Origin: Octopus vulgaris
Taxonomy: Eukaryota
Direction of reading: 5' to 3'
Length of the DNA stretch: 64,000 nt
Assembly: GCA_951406725.2 (NCBI GenBank)
Contig: OX597815.1
Coordinates: forward strand, 71,796,001-71,860,000
Positions 63,444 to 64,000 of this stretch are shown here, one piece after another. How positions within the stretch are numbered: position 1 is the first letter of the stretch; every line of letters starts with the position of its first letter. The notes below the pieces were generated by a model. It saw only the letters and a list, made by a program, of their open reading frames with translations. It made no database searches and had not been told where the DNA came from. A program made the translations under genes and the position numbers.

Positions 63444-64000
63444 ATGAGCCGCCTCTACCAAACGGATGAGATGGAAGGGAGAAATTTCTCTGAAAATTCG
63501 TCGACATCTGAGAAGGAGTTGGCGGTGAAAAAAATGGAAAGCACCTACGCAGGTATAACGAAGAAGTCAACAGAAAAAGAGATAGACCTGGCTAAGTTGA
63601 CGGACTTCCAGGAGTTCATGAAGGAGGAGGAGAACGGAGAGGTTGAGCTGTTGCCTCTAGCAGGGCGCGGAGACTGGTTCTATCGTAGAACCATTAAATA
63701 TAAAGTATTTATGAATGGAGGTAGAAAAATGGAAGTGATTAACATGGAAGCAATTGAAGAGGCTTTCAAACAGACAGGAGAAGAAATTGTGTACATGACA
63801 AAAGGATTAGAATATGGAACCATAACGGTACAATTTAAAAGGGAGAAAGCAGCCAGGAATATAGCAGCCAAGGTGGTGAGTACAGAAAAGTTTTACTTGT
63901 TCCCTTCGTATTTGAATAGAAGGACCACCAGAATTAGGGTGGAAGGAATACCTCCACACCTAGAGGGCGAATTAATAACGGCTGCGGTTATCAAAGGAAA
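63444..64000 (+). CDS. diverged ORF1/Gag-like protein, unit 6 (open to window end; not in ORF track)
   Basis: My translation from ATG 63444: MSRLYQTDEMEGRNFSENSSTSEKELAVKKMESTYAGITKK...YGTITVQFKREKAARNIAAK...FPSYLNRRTTRIRVEGIPPHLEGELITAAVIKG; no stop; collinear with units 1-5. Confidence 0.85.
   Translation, partial: MSRLYQTDEMEGRNFSENSSTSEKELAVKKMESTYAGITKKSTEKEIDLAKLTDFQEFMKEEENGEVELLPLAGRGDWFYRRTIKYKVFMNGGRKMEVINMEAIEEAFKQTGEEIVYMTKGLEYGTITVQFKREKAARNIAAKVVSTEKFYLFPSYLNRRTTRIRVEGIPPHLEGELITAAVIKG

Larger units (their letters stand above)
55121..64000 (+). mobile_element. head-to-tail array of ORF1-only (half-LINE) Tx1-derived elements: units 55121-56853, 56854-58434, 58435-60069, 60070-61699, 61700-63279, 63280->64000
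   Basis: Each complete unit has a CpG-rich 5' leader, one ORF with a CX2CX4HX4C knuckle, and a ~150 bp T-rich 3' UTR ending CCCCTTAGTGGGTAATAAA(A/G)AAAT; no EN/RT in any unit. Confidence 0.85.

Noticed and set aside
55400-63871. Repeated minus-strand ORFs in the array (146-277 aa)
   Set aside because: Antisense shadows of a purine-rich coding strand; F/S/L-rich with no motifs.
55121-64000. Telomeric HeT-A-like array marking a chromosome end to the right
   Set aside because: HeT-A/TART attach by their 3' ends with 5' ends distal. Here the 5' end faces the ordinary genomic flank, there is no variable 5' truncation, and no TTAGGG repeats are seen.

Overview
AT-rich animal genomic DNA. The SINE/RTE/microsatellite landscape suggests a mollusc, probably an octopus (inference only). 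Bases ~1-44 kb are CpG-depleted and intron-like. They contain tRNA-derived SINEs, RTE-clade LINE fragments, three Tc1/mariner-superfamily relics (DD37D, mariner, DD36E), TTAA MITEs and long inverted repeats, one carrying a Penelope-type hammerhead ribozyme core. They also contain one very large coding exon (26926-30592) for an uncharacterised protein with three putative Ski/Sno/Dac-like modules. From ~45 kb CpGs are retained. This part holds a palindromic tRNA-like element with a hammerhead remnant, a decayed Tx1/L1-clade LINE on the minus strand (~46.0-50.8 kb), a minisatellite and a Helitron-like 5' end. The standout feature follows: a head-to-tail array (55121 to beyond 64000) of at least six ~1.6 kb ORF1-only retroelement units. 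Each encodes a ~470 aa RRM-like/CCHC zinc-knuckle protein homologous to the ORF1 of the neighbouring Tx1 element, with no endonuclease or RT. The units belong to distinct subtypes, differ largely at synonymous sites, share a precise junction, and end with a much more diverged sixth member whose open frame the ORF track misses.
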